Shown here: positions 18,371 through 33,400 of the stretch, one piece after another
Layout: each line of letters opens with the position of its first letter
Numbering within the stretch: the stretch's first letter is position 1
From: Azolla caroliniana
Taxonomy: Eukaryota; Plantae; Polypodiophyta
Assembly: GCA_043228905.1 (NCBI GenBank)
Contig: JBHGNT010000004.1
Location: 23,560,001-23,624,000, forward strand
Direction: 5' to 3'
Length of the DNA stretch: 64,000 nucleotides
Notes under the pieces: generated by a model
The model's input: only the letters and a program-made list of their open reading frames with translations
The model's database searches: none
What the model was told of the DNA's origin: nothing
Made by a program: the position numbers and the translations under genes

Positions 18371-21270
18371 CTATACATGACCTCAATGAGTGGGCATAAC
18401 TTTGGATGAGATTAAGACAATGTGATACAACTAGACTTGGCACACGAAGGTGGAGAGTCTAAAGACATATAAAATTCTAAAGTTGTTAGCATGTTACTCT
18501 GGATTGTTTCAAATTTAGCAATAGTTTGGAGAGGTGCCATGCCTTACAAGTTGGATTTACTTTCATGTAGTAAGCTTCATCTAATTTTTTCATGTTAGTT
18601 GCGTCAAGGAAGTGATGCAAGTAATTATCCCTAGATTTTCATAATAAGGAAATGTCGGATGCATTTGATGAAGTTTCCATTTTATCAAAGACATGTGTTG
18701 GTGATTGTTATAGTGGGCTAGAGACTAATGCATGTGGCATGATTTTATCTACACTTAAAGATAAATTTAACAGAAAATATGATAATGCAAACTTTGAACC
18801 AAATTAACATCAAATAGAAATAGTCATACATTTCTCACACATAGCTTAATGAGTTAAATAAGTGTATTGAAGAGTATGATTTGATTAAATGAATTTTGAG
18901 TTGAAAACAAATAATGAGATCGAGGGAGATATTCACACAATATTGAACCCCAAAAAAATCCTTGAGTGGAGATGGTTTGCCTACAATTATATATGTATGA
19001 ATTCTTCATGTTAAAATTTACAACCATGGCCTAGTAAAATACATTCACAAGTACCTACACTTTAGTTGAACGCAACCACCAAGCTAATTGCAACAAAATG
19101 ACAAATTGTGAAGAGTAGATGAAGTTTGTTCATGGAGTGAGCATGTACACTTCTTTTTATGTCCACGTAATTTGATTTTCTTTATTCCAAAACTTATACT
19201 TCTTGCATGATGTGCGAAGGAGTATACTGAAGTGCCTAATTTCATAATCATACTTGTGCATTGCATCTTCACTTGTAATAGTGGGTCATTATGGACATGT
19301 AAAGATAAGCTATTTAGTTGCAACGTGTTCACCTTGAGCTACACTGAAATTGCCAAAATTGAATGAGACCATGCTTACTCTTCATGTGCGTGATATTTTT
19401 CAAGCCATTAGCCTCTCTTACCTTTTTTATTTCTCTCTAGGTAGTTGATCATGGCATTTGTAAGAAATGCTTGATGTTTTCTTAAGGTACGACATGGAGG
19501 GATAAATTGTTTAGTTAAAGTGGGAATATGTAACTTGACGCTCCTTTGCAAAAGGTTATACTTCTCTAATGACACGTTTGTTCCCAAATGCATTACATGA
19601 TAATGGTAGTGTTCATCATGTATGTGTTTGTGCGTGCTATAATGTTAAAGCCAAGGGCATTACAATGACGTGATATAGAATTATATTTCTCAATAATGAT
19701 GACGACTTACCATCATAACTTAGAACACATTTTAAATGTGTCAAGTTGCCAAACTTGCTTCACCAACCAAATGTTCCAACTTATATGTAGTTAATTAGGG
19801 TATAATGATATTCTTAGGTTCCAATATCATCTTGCTTTTAGAGGAGTCGAAGATGAGACTAGACAAGACATTCATCTTCATTGAGCACAAAGTAAGTGCA
19901 AGCAATAGAAATGTCAGTGGAGTATCACAAGTGTAAATGTCAAAGGTGCAAGACTAAGAGCCATGATTCCATACAATAAATATATCCAAGGAGATCATTT
20001 GCAAAAGTAGGGTTCAAATTCCTAGTTGTAGTCTTTTCTTCAACTTAGTTCTACTATTCATAAGCTCTATAAAGAGAATTGCAAGTATTGGAAAAAGCAC
20101 ACACAAACACTAAACATACTAAATGTGGTGTAAAGTAAAAAGCATTTAGTCAATGGAGTTGTTCCCTCTTTTATAATCTTCGGAGAAGAATAAAGTTGAT
20201 TGGTGGGCGGAAGACTCCGACTAATGGTCAAGGATTCGAAAGGAGTGGTTAGAACTTGGGCACATCATGTGGGCCGATATGACATAGGTGGGAAACATTT
20301 TGTGACAGAAGTGTGGCACTTAAAAGGCTATGGAAGTTTGTTGGTGCGGGGCCCAATCTTGCAACTCGATCCTTCATTGACAAACGAGCAAAAAAAGTGA
20401 ACGGTGTCGAGATTGGAAGCACTTATAAAGGAGATGCATGCAAACAAAAAAAACATGCAAATATAAGGTCGAAACTCGAGCGATGACAAAAGAGCGGATC
20501 CACCGAAAAAATGATCATGCCATGAAGTAGTTAGTTTTTTTGGGGGGGGGTGGGGGGGACAAAGGAGTCCATGGGGCAATTTAGGCGATAACGAAACAAA
20601 ATATTTCTCGAAGGCACGAGGGTTATGCATGAGTTATCGGGGTATAAGTGACGGTCGGCACTTGACACTTGGTGTAGGGGGGGACAAGGAGACTACTCAA
20701 ATTAATTTGTTTGCGGGTCTACTAGTAAGAAGAAAAAGAAGAAAAAGAAGAAGAAGAAAAGTGGCCTACGAATGAAGTATGTATGTATGTAGTGGAGATA
20801 GCAAAGGGTTGTATTATCATCTTGTTTTAATAAGAAACATAGATTTACGAGGAGAAGAAGAAGAAGAAGAAGAAGAAGAAGAGTGGCCGTCAATCACCGT
20901 TAAATCAGCCGCCGCTAGTTGGAGACGTTAACGTTGACGGCCCCCTTAGATTTGGTTCTTCGTACTAGGAGTGGCAAAGCAAAAAGAAAGCAGAAAAAAG
21001 CAAAAAAGCGGAGGCTGTACAAGAGACAAAAAAAACACAGGCTTGTAGAAATAAAAGTAGGAAGCAAGTAGTAGGAGAAGAAAACGAAGAAAAAGCACAA
21101 AAATCACTACTGTGTCCCCTCTGTTTCTTCTTTCCTTCAGTCTATCTGTCTATACAACAAATCGTGTCTCTCTGTTTTTTTGTCCTTCTTCCTTCCTTCC
21201 TTCCTTCCTTCTTCCTTCCTTCCTTCTTGGATTATCAGAATTACTTGGAAGATTAACTAAAAAGAAAGAT

Positions 21271-22414
21271 ATGCTTGGGAAGCGCCCACATCGCCATATA
21301 ATCTCTGATTTTGGTAAAATCCACAACCACAACCTTCCTCGACACATCGTGGTCGGATTCGAACTCGTGACCTCCTCCTCCTCCTCCTCGGGCGAATCCA
21401 CCCACGACCACGCGATAACCAAGAAGAAGACCTTCTTTACGGCCTCGCCCTATCCTTGCCGGAATAACATTAGCCCCCGCTCCGTCCTCCGCCCCCCCCA
21501 TGACCACAACCCCAATGACCACGGCCCGCATGGAGACTTCCATGCGAAGAAGAGAGAAGAAGCCTATGCCGATCCGCGCGTTCTTGATACTTACAATCTT
21601 CGCGCCGGCTTGTTGGCCGAACAAATCTATAACACCATCAATGTAGAAGAGGGCTTCATCGATGACGACGACGACGACAACAGCTGTGGCGGAGACCATG
21701 GTAGCATTAGTTCTCCTTCTTATCATCACAATCATCATGGTATCAAGCATAATGTGGGCAACATAATTGTCCACACTTGGCCAATGATGGGAATTGAGCA
21801 TGTCAATGTGCCGGATGTAATTGTTAATGAGGACAGGAGCCCTCGCATCCCGCTTGCCAATATGAAATTTGGCCACATTAGTAGTGCGAGCACGTGTGAT
21901 GGGGACACTAGTGTTCACACATGGCCCACTACGAAACTGGACGACAAACCAATCGATAGTGATGATAGCGCTAGAATTAGCATGGGATCGGCCGCAAGAA
22001 ACTTTGATGGCATTCACGAGGACATGAGACCTGCTCACACATGGCCGGGCACCATCTTCCAAGCAGCCTCTCCACCTAACCATCGGAGTTTGGAGACACC
22101 CTTTTCCTCGTGGACGATGTTCCTTGAGCAATGCTTCTTGTGTCGGTCCTCCCTCCAAGGAAAGGACATATACATGTATAGGTAAGCAAAACTTACATTT
22201 GGCTTCAATCAATTCTACTAAATGTTTTCAATTCCTTTTTGTACAAGTTGAATATCCAAGATCATCATGTGGAGTATAAGTTTAGGATCCTTTTTTATTA
22301 CCTTCCTCTTGAATATTGATGTTTTCCTACTTGTCATGAAATTGCAGAGGCGACAAGGCATTTTGCTCGATGGAGTGTCGACACAAGCAAATTGTAATAG
22401 ACGAGAGAGAATAG
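21271..22414 (+). CDS. FLZ: FCS-like zinc finger (FLZ/DUF581) protein, SnRK1-interacting family; exons 21271-22181 and 22348-22414
   Basis: Starts MLGKRP, typical of FLZ N-termini. Spliced C-terminus FLEQCFLCRSSLQGKDIYMYR|GDKAFCSMECRHKQIVIDERE* contains the CX2CX17FCSX2C signature. The phase-2 GT-AG intron at YR|G is the family-typical position. Confidence 0.92.
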
Positions 22415-24372
22415 ACAAAGATCAAGTATCCTATGTGGACACATGTGCTTGGAGGAGTCGGCCGTGTGTACAAAGGCAAGGAAAAAATATATGTGAACCA
22501 TCTAGTGGTGCATTGTAATGCTTGTAGTTGTTAGAACTATATACAAAAGAAAGGGATGCACTCAAAATGAGGTGATGGCTTCAACTTAGGCTTCCTATTG
22601 TTTTCTTTGTTTAAAATGAGATTTTGTAGTGCACTAATTTGTTCAACCTTGGATACATTGGGGTGCGATAGGGTGTTGAATCTTTTACTAGGGTGTTGAA
22701 TCTTTTACCAAACCCTTTCCATGTTTTCCCAAGTACAAGAGATTTTAGTGTTATAGATATAGAAATAAGCAGTTTGAACTCCATCCAAAACATTAATGAT
22801 TGGAGTGTGAGTTTGTTCCACCTTTACTCTAAAAGAGATAGATTATGCCAAGGCCATGTTTTCCATACACATAGCAGAGTGTTTGCTAAAATTCTACTCC
22901 CATGGCTTGATAGAGGCACAATTTGTATAATGGAATGTGCAATCTTTGTGGCTCTAACATGTTGTGGAAGTTGTAAATTCTTATTATGAATTATGACAAT
23001 CTATCACTTGTTTCTAGTGATCTTACTATGTACACATCCTTGCCATTTCTATCGCTTACATATTAGGATCATCGTCAAAGGAATTAATTTTATAAGTATT
23101 GATTAAACAATGATTAAATAGAAAGATCGATTGTATCTCTCGGAGTTGAAGGCAATGGTTGGGCCGCTTGCATACAATGTTCATTGGGATATACAATATT
23201 ACGATTTTCTGTGAAAATATTTGGCACGAAAACGGGAGATAAAAACTTGAAAGGCTCACTCTAGATATTGTTTTTTTATACTAACATAAGGCATTGAAAA
23301 ATATTTAATTGAAGATATTGTTTTGTGTTGACAAATAAAGGAACATCTAACACTAAGATGTTAGAAACTGTTTGTCAATATGGTGTTACCAATAGGTGTG
23401 TTTCCCACCACTTTAAAAATGTGATGTAAGTATGTCAACCGAAAGGGTCTAGCACAAATGTGCCAAGTTTGTTTAGGGCAATATTTTTTTGATGCATTGT
23501 TGCCCATGTTTATGCAATGACATAAATATGTGGACCAAAAGGGTCTAGCAAGAGTGAAAAGTTTATCTCTAATGAAGTTTATGGTGCATCTTTCGATTTT
23601 GCATTTGGATGTTTGCAACAATGTTACATATCAAATGTATTGGAGACGTTACATGTCAGATCATCTGAATTCCTCTCTTCTAATTCCAATGTGCATTTTC
23701 AAACCGGTTTATATGCTTTTTGTGAACAAAGTTTTTGAATTATAATTATAATTGAGTGTTTGTGACATGGGTAAGGAACATTGGGGGATGATATCTTTGA
23801 TAGTTAGCGATTAATCGAAGCAACAACAAGTCAAGCATGTGTGCATATATGATGCTTCTTTCAAATTTGTATATCGCTAAAGAATGTCCATGAGTTCATT
23901 AATGTGTGTCCAAGGCTTAATTAGGAAAGTTAGGAACCCATAAAAAATTGAATGTAGGATGAATCAATAGATATTTTAATATGGTTGTACATACCTTGTG
24001 AAGTTAGCTAAGTCAACTACTTTCCACTCATTGTCTCTTGTAAAGAGACAAATAAAAGTGTTAATAGACTGGAAGAGTACCTCTCTTTCTTACTCTTTTT
24101 GCTCAAGGGATTTTAAAGGTGGCTTCACATCATGTACAATCTATCACATTTCTTACCAAGACGCATCTTTGTTTTGCTTTATATTGCCATCCTCTTAAAA
24201 AAATTAAATATGTTTAGCGTTGCTTCCATAGACTAAAAATTCCTTGTTGATATGGTTCCCATATGGTATTGTCCTAATCTATATGGTTAATATTCTTACG
24301 TTTGAGTTTATAAACCCACCTCAATTTTAAGAAACAATTACATTTTATACGAACATGAATCGGTAGGAAAGG

Positions 24373-24374
<2 letters not shown>

Positions 24375-24409
<35 letters not shown>
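24375..24409. repeat. (TG)n microsatellite
   Basis: Directly visible. Confidence 0.9.
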
Positions 24410-24410
<1 letters not shown>

Positions 24411-27400
24411 ACACACTATCTACCTATATGTTTAGAAATGTAATGCATTAGTACAAGTCACAAGGTCCCTACTTTTCATGCATTGTCTTACAAAGTAGTG
24501 GTTGAGTGTATACATCAACTGTTCCTTGTAGAAATTGTCATTTGTATGTATTTAATGTATATATGCCAGCCAGTCTTCAAATCAAATATTTATACACCTG
24601 CCCATGCACTAGTATTAAACATTAATGGAACCTTATAATGCACCTATAAAGGGGTCTATATATGTCATATATCGAAAATATAATTTGTACATTAATTGAT
24701 TCACAAATCTATGCCCCCCTTTTTATACATGAATATGGGAAGTGTAATCTGATGTGCTATAACAACTCTAAAGTAATATCTTCCAATGATTTCCGAAAAC
24801 TTCTCTATAAGACAATGCTTCCACATTGTAATTTGCACATAATGCCTTGTTGTAGGATCTCAAAGAAGTGTTTTCCACATATATTTTATAAACATAATGT
24901 AATTCTTAGCACAAAGTATTTCTATCTTGAAAATGATTTCATCCTTGTGACATATAGCTTGGTAGAACTATTGAATGATGTAAAATGCATATATCAAGCT
25001 ATCACTCTCTTATTAATATCACATGAAAAGTTATTCTTAAAATTTCCAATTTGAATAAAAAGGGTTAGAACACATATGTTGATTAATTATGAATTTATAT
25101 GGCCATATGCACATATGCTATGATCTTGAAATATATGTATCAATATTTGACAAATGTTTTGAATAGAGATGTACGATCATCATGCTGATTTGCAACAGGA
25201 GATTGGCTAAACATGCCATATGACTTTCATTACATTGCTTTTAACAGGCAATTAGATCATGAGATGTAAATAAGACAAAGGTTGGTTCAAAAAGTTAACA
25301 ACTTTTGTAAACTGTTATCGACCTATCCAAAACAAGCTAGCATGATGTTATTTTGAAAAATGAAGACAATAAAATTAAGTACATGGTTGAGGCATTTTAT
25401 AAGAAGCTTATGTTGTTTGTATTTTAACATATTTATAACCTTCAAAGCTAATATGCAAACTTAATCCAACAATGTTATTGCAAGAGATATGGAGTGAATT
25501 TATAGCCACTCTAAAGAGCCAATATGATGGCCTCAAGGGCGGCTCTGATGGAGTTGAAAGAAAACGAATAGCCTTCATTCAATAATGGTCGTCCTCTCCC
25601 TTTCTTGAGTTAGTGGGCATCCACATAAAATTGAACTATCGCGTCCCTACAGGGATTTGTACATAATAATCTCATTTCTAAAATTTTATAACTAATGGAA
25701 GGAGTTTTTTGTGGATAAAAATAAATAAATAAATAAAATGCGAACTTATAAATATTTACCAAGGAAAGGGAAAAGAGGCTTTGTATTAAAGGTTATAATC
25801 ATTATGTGTATATTTTTTGGCGAAGAAATTGAATTCATCAAGAGGAAGACAAGTATGTTAATTACCCAACTTCATGCCATCATTACATGGTATTCAAACC
25901 CTTCTGGTGTGAGGGGGGACAAGTGTGTCCAAAACCCCACATGAACTTATTAGCACATTAAGATGAAATAGAAGGCAACAATTGAGAAAATTTATTTTTT
26001 GGTGATGACTAATTTCCCTACGGAAATGAGAACATTCATGTCATTAGGTTTATTGGAGAAAAAATGTGACTCGGGGTTGATGAGCTTGTAGAGGCCAAAT
26101 TCAAGTAATAATGTAAAGAATAGACCTATATATTGTGGAGTTTTCAAAAAAGTATGATATTTAAAAAATTACCACCATAAGGAAATGTTTGCCTTTAACT
26201 TGATTATTTTGTGAGACATCCAGACCCGTGCTCCTTTGCTTGTTGAAATTCATTGCAAGGATAAACAAGCCGAAAGTGATTTACGGACAAAAGTTCGTTC
26301 AAACTTTTTTTGGTTGCTCCATGTGATTCAAAGCATTACTTTTCTTTTACTTGCTCATATTGGGCCATGACTCAAGGGTTGTGAGAGCACTTTCCTAACT
26401 TTCTGTTCGATGCACTTCAAATACTAGAGCCAAATTTAGGTGCCTCTTCCAATGTTGTGACATTATAATTTATAAATCATTCCTATCATTGTTTCCCATA
26501 GACATCTTCATAGCAACCCATATTTAATGCTCTCGGTGTACTTGAATTTTTTTGGGAAACCAACAAAGACACTAGTTATGGAGAGATATAAGTTTTAACA
26601 ATGTTTTCGTTTGTCCTTTATTGTAAGAAAAAAAGATCATGATAACAAAATTCATGTCTAAACACCCATTCCTACACAACTACTTGCATATATTGTTTGA
26701 ATAAGTGGTTATAAACTATATATTGGCTTTATCATCACATCAACCTCATAAGGAGAATCATTGATCAAGATTGATAAAAGACCAAAACACTTTAGATTTA
26801 CCATTTCTGTTTATGGTGATGACAAAATATGTCAGTGTTGTCATTTTCTGTAAATCATTCACATAAACAAAAATGGTTAGAACCCACCAATAAACATAAG
26901 CTGTTAATCATATACTGAAACCTACACTCTCATAGCTCTTGTGTTTGTCTGTGCACCTACTCGTATACACCATACTAATTACTCATCAATTAAATCTGTA
27001 ACTGATAAGCAGCTCAAAAAGACGTGTTATTTGCACCATTAGGAAAAACATAAAAAGATTAGGAAAAAAACTATGAGACACTATAATGTCATTCCCTTGA
27101 TTACATTTGATGAGATCAAGGATCATAAACTAATTAACGTAATTAAAGTTCTGATTTTTCTAGATCTCTGCAACTTCTTCTTAAGAATATTACTCACATT
27201 AAAGAAGTGCTCAATGGTTAGGATGGCATATCAATATCCAGCAGAAAAAATCTTCTAACTGATATTCTTACATTCCATACAAAACAATCTTGACAAAACA
27301 GCAGCATGATTTGATGCTTTTAATATTCTAATGGCTTTGATCTACAAAGATTCACATGACTAAAGTTGCTCCTATTTTGGAATGGATATACAACTTAGCT

Positions 27401-30400
27401 TCAACTTTTTAACTTCTTATCATTCCGCATCCTTTTTCGATATTCTCTGTGCTCATATGTATACTGTCGTTTGGAAAGTTGGTTTTTTAAACCAACACTT
27501 ACTATAGCAGCCAGTGCAAGAGCTCTTGTATCCTCAGATTCAATCCCTTCGATAGTTTCAAAGAGTAGACAACCACCTGGAAGGGAATCCTTATCTACAG
27601 CTTCGAATTCAACACCTTTGTCAGATGATTTATTAGAAAATACTTTAAGCCAAGCGACTTCTTTCTGTGACATTTGTTGTGAAGCTGCCCCAGCCACCAC
27701 CCATGCCTGTTCTTTTCCACTAAACTGTAAGCTTGTTGGGCAGAAATGTTCTGGCAGGAGAAGCTTCTGCAAAAAGAACTTTGTTTGGATAAATGAGATA
27801 TGCTGATTTAGATAAATGTAATGTATGAGGGCAAAGGAAGTATATACTCAAGATATTAGACTCTCATGAAATTAGAGTGCCTTAATAGGCTCAAGTACAA
27901 GATGCTTTACCATTCAATAAGGTCATATGTGCATTGAATAATATTAGCTAGTCAGTGAATGCTCTTCCTGACTTATCCTTGAATATTTCATTGGCGTCCT
28001 TGTGTTTCACGTAATCTACAATCCTTCCTAGCTATAAAAAATTGCATGCTTTATCAGAAGAAATTTGTTAATTTCACCTGCAGAAGTGATAACTTCTTTG
28101 AACCAATGTTGCAGTTCAGGAAAAGAACACCATCTAGACTGAAACATCGCCATCAATCATTGAAGAGAGACCAGTTAAAAATAAAATTCTCAGAAGATAC
28201 AATGAAGAATAGAAACATTTGTTATGCCAACTTCAACCAAGATTTCACCTTTCAATACCAACCGCAATGAGTGAACCATTGTTTGAGACTGCAATGCACG
28301 TTACTGCAAATGGGTGTTGTGACTCTTCATCATTTTTAGTTAACCGAGCCTAAAAGAATAAAATATTTTATTAAAGAAAGCTGGACAACATAAAAATGCC
28401 AAGATGAAGAACTACCTGACCTCCATTGTTGCATGAAATGTATCCAAAAGCCTTGCTGCATCAACATCCCACAACTGTACCTAGAGTCCAGTAACTCATG
28501 TTCTGTTATAGCTACACTATGCACGTTTTTTAATTGATTTATTACATCAAAGAGGGCATTACCATGCCATCACCACCACCTGATACCAGCAGTTCAGGTG
28601 ATTCTTCTCCTACAAAAGATATGCAGGACACAAAGCTGCAAATAGGATAAATCTCTCTCTCTCTCTCGCTATGAATGGAGCTCTCAGGTGATGCAATGCA
28701 GTATATGATCATTGAAAATAGATTACTAGAGAAATAAAGGATGAAGTGGCAGATGCTAAAATGTCAAAATTGGAATATTACATTGGTAAATATTAACCCT
28801 CAATGTTGCCCCCAACATGAGGAAACAATACCAGAACATATACAATTGCATCGTACTTCCCCCATGAGCCTTGGCTCTCAAAGAGTCTTAACACTTCTTG
28901 AACTCATTTGATCAAGTTAGATTCAGATTAATTTTGGGAAGTTACTCATTTAAACAAGCTATAGTACCAGAATGCTCATTGCAAATGGTGTATCTATGTT
29001 GCCCGACACTGATGGTTTTACATGTAGAATACACATTGGAAATAGTGTGATTGACTATGTGCTACATTTTTAAGGTATTTTGGATCCAATTCACAAATTC
29101 TCACTTGGTGAATGGACACCAAAATCCAATCATATTACTTGTCGGTTTTGTGCGTGAGGTCATTGAAGATATCCAACGACTAAGTAAAAACCTTAAACGA
29201 GCACCCATGTATTCAATATGGTTGAGGACATGTTACAAATGACTAAGATACAGCCTGATGCAACACTAAAATGCAAATGGGAAGTTTTCAAGAAAGGTCA
29301 TTTTCTCATGCACAAACAAATGCTTTTCGGCCAAGCACATAATTTACAAAGGCATTAAGAAACGTACTTCAAAGAAAAAATGGTTTGATAACGAATGACA
29401 TGAAGCTAGAAAGACCGTTATGAGTTTGGATGTAGTCTAGGGTTAAAAAAAAGATCAAAAGCATTTGCATGAGTATAAAATACTTATTCAACGAAGGAGA
29501 AGAATATGGCAAGTTACTCAACAATCTCTCCAAACACAAACGAAAGCAAAGGCATACACTAAATTTTGGAGAAACCTAGAGGGGACACTTGTTGAGAATT
29601 ATGGTGAACTTATATGAGCAATCAAATGCTGAAAAGATGATGTGTTACAGTTATTTTTCACATATGCCTCCCTTTCTTACGATTGAAGATGTATGCACAA
29701 GACTGAAGAAATTGCTCTTCAAAAGGCAAGAAAAATTCCATGTATAAATTTTGAAATGCTTATGTGGACAAGAAAATAAGCACATGTATTGATAAGTGAC
29801 ATGTTTAATCATGCACTGCAAGATGGCATGCCGTACAATTGGAGTATAAATTGGATCAAACACCATGGCATCATTGATCACATTGTCATCCTTCGAGTAT
29901 CGATTGAACAATGTCACATGAGAGTTAAGGGTTTATATTGTTGTTGCATAGACTTCAAGAAGGCTTTTGATATGGTACATTGTGAGCATCTTTGAAGGTG
30001 CATAAAAGAACTCGGGATGCCAAGTGAGTATATGTTTTGAATTTCCTAAATTTCCAAGCCAACAAACAAATGCCATACATCCTCCTACTTCTTCAGATTG
30101 GGTCACTCATTCAGATCATGGCCATGAAAGGGTTGTCAAATACATGCTTAAGGTTCAAAAAACGTTTCCTAGAATCTCATGGTCGTAAAAAGTTTCAAAA
30201 TACACAAACAATGTTGAGTATCACACTTTGATACAATGATCTACATTTGATCTCAATTGATTATGCTTTCCACACATCTTTAACCAAACCCAATCCTTAC
30301 ATGAATTTCTCACATTGACAATTTGCACTCTCAATTGCGACATTCATTAGTAAAGTTCTTGAACATTGAGAGTCTTTGCTCACTTTCACATGTATTACAT

Positions 30401-33400
30401 GGAATTGAACCATATTTGACCGCCAAAGACGATAATAAAATCTATCTATCTATCTCCCTCCCTCTCTTCTTCAAGTTCATTTTAGTCATAACTTGGTCAT
30501 ATGAGCTCCATTTTGACAAGATATGGCTTGAATCAAAGCCCACAACATAATCTACAATATGACCTAGGAAGATAAAGTCTATAATCAAATAAAGATACAC
30601 AAATTTCACATACAATGGCAAACACTCGCAATGGGCCCATAGGGTCCTGGACTATGATCAATAATGAGCCAGGAGCACCAAGCATTCTCTATCTCCATGC
30701 AACAAATTAAGCCACAATGGAGACGTTGCTTATGCATCATTTGGGTGTCTCTCTCTCTGTCTTTCTTTTCCTTCTCTCTCTATCTCTCTGTCTCTCTTTT
30801 CCTTCCTTCTCCTTGAGAATCTTACCAAACGTTATCCTCGCCATGGAGTTAGTTAGCAAGCAAGAGTATGAGCAAACTTTAGAGATACTGACTAGTGTTA
30901 GAATACCGATTAACAAGATTTGAAGACTGCGTCAAGGGGATCGTCCTGCCTTTACCTATGCCGCAGATTTCCACTTCCTAGCTTGATATTCCGTGGGATG
31001 AAGAAGCCTTAATGGATCAATTTCACTATGGACTACAAAATGATGTAAATAATTTGTTATTAACTTTCCATGAAGATATAAGATCACTTTTAGAAGCGAT
31101 AAGTCATGTCGTGCAATGTGACAACCGCTTATTCGAGCGACGTTCAAAGCGTCAATTAATGTCATCACCAAAAACAAATCAAACATATACTTCGGTAGTA
31201 GCCTCAACACCTGCAAGCACTACCCAAACTTCACACATGATTCCATTAGGTGGTCCAAGTCCGATAGAGATTGATGTAACACGTCGTCGAGGGCCTTTGT
31301 CCAAAGCTGAGAAGCAACAACGTTGAGCAAACCGTCTATGTTTGTATTGTGGTGGTCCAGGACACATAGCAATCACTTGGCCACATATGAGAAATTTCAT
31401 TCCAATTCCCCAATTACATCATCTAGCCCTAGTAGTCCCACATGTCATGGTCAGTCCAATAGTTTCAAAGTCTTGAGTTACCTTGATGAAATATCAAACG
31501 AATAAGTCTATGTTTGTATTGTGGTGGTCCGGGACACATAGCAATCACTTGGCCACATATGAGAAATTTCATTCCAATTCCCCAATTACATCATCTAACC
31601 CTAGTAGTTCCACATGTCATGGTCAGTCCAATAGTTTCAAAGTCTTGAGTTACCTTGATGAAATATCAAACGAATAAGTCCAACCAAAATCGGTGCCATT
31701 TGGTTGGACAGTCCTGAATACGTAAAGTCCGCCCCAAGTAGTGGTTCCATTTTATCGAATCATGTTAGCAGAAATTTTTCAGCATAGGTTGAGCTTAGCA
31801 TTTCTAGGTGTCATCGACTTCTTGTCTCTGCGCTCTTAGAGTTAGGAGCCAACTCTTGTTTTATGGACATAGAATTTGCTTTATCCCATAAAATCCTATT
31901 GAGAAACTTCCCTTGTCCTGCATTTGTGCAATCATGGATGGTCGCCTTATTGCATCTGGGGATATTGTTGAAGAATCTGAGCCAATTTGAGAAGTCCTTG
32001 GTAGCTTTGTTTGTGTGATTTCCTTCAATATAATTAGTAGCCCTGAGCATCTGGTTATCCTTGGTTTGCCTTGGTTTGAACTTCATAATCCTCAAATTGA
32101 CTGAAAAATTTGAGCATACAACGATTTCCAACAGAAACCTGAATCCAACTGCCTTGTTACTACCAACCGAGCTTTAAAACCTCACCAAAGCTCGCCCATC
32201 TCGCTACAAAAATTACAAGAAGACGGACGAACAAATGTTTTTCTTTGCAATAACAACAAATCCATCCTCTAGTTCACAAGGGGTAGGTACTCCCGTCCCT
32301 ACTAAGTACTTAGGTTTTGAAGACATCTTCAACAAAGCGATCTACAACCTGGGCAAGAGCCACCATGGGGCCCAATATATAATCTATCACATTCCGAACT
32401 CAACACCCTTCAAGAGCACTTAGCAAATAGATTCATTCGACATTCTAAAAGCCCTGTTCGCGCACCCATCTTCTTTGTTAAGAAGAAAGATAGGTTTCTA
32501 CAATTGGTCGTGGACTATCGAGGTTTAAACAAAATCACAGTTCGAAATAGATATGTTGTACCCTTGATATTGAGTTTACTGGAGTGTCTTGGTGGAGCTA
32601 AAAGTTTTCATGAAGCTAGACCTTCAAGGCGCATATAACCTTGTTTGGATACATCCAAGAGATGAATGGAAGACATCATTCCATACTCGATATGGACATT
32701 TCGAGTACACAATTATGCCTTTTGGTCTCACGAATGCGCCTGCAGTTTTTCAACACATGACGAATGATATTTTCCGCGACTTCTTGGATTCATTTACCAT
32801 AATATATCTAATGACATCTTGATCTACTTGAAAACTCAAGAAGAGCATAACATACATGTCCGCCAAGTCCCTCAACGCTTACGCCTTCATGTGCATAGCC
32901 TTGTTCCCACACATCCGTTGTCGCAAAAATACGACGAGGATACGTGAACTTGAGGCAGGACCCCGGGGCCTCCGACTAGAGGATATCACATTCGTGCTTT
33001 TATATTTTTAACAATTAACGGAAATAAGAAATCTAATAATTTTCATTAACAAAGGAAAAGAAATTACAATGTCCCAAGATTGGGATTCAAAAGTTTTAGG
33101 TTTACTAAGATTAATAGAAAAAGAAAAATTAGGGGTTTTGAGAGATATGGCTAAGGGAAATTTAGGGTTTTTTATTGTTATGGCTTCCGTCGGGAAAATT
33201 AGGATTAGGTTATACGAGAGATATGGCACGTCGGGTTCACCAAATATGTCGTGAAAATACGACGAGGACACGTGAACTTGAGGCAGGACCCCGGGGCCTC
33301 CGACCAGAGGATATCACATTCGTGCATTTATATTTTTAACAATTAATGGAAAGAAGAAATTTAATAAATTTTCATTAGCAAAGGAAAAGAAATTACAATA

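Noticed and set aside
18500-19900. Possible decayed DNA-transposon coding sequence (similar at 23300-25560 and 55400-57900)
   Set aside because: No motif I could identify with confidence; needs tBLASTx against TE libraries.
21112-21270. Upstream in-frame extension of FLZ
   Set aside because: Non-ATG start in a pyrimidine-rich 5' UTR; MLGKR at 21271 is the family-typical start.
21253-22212. 319-aa minus ORF
   Set aside because: Antisense shadow of FLZ exon 1; no recognisable motifs.
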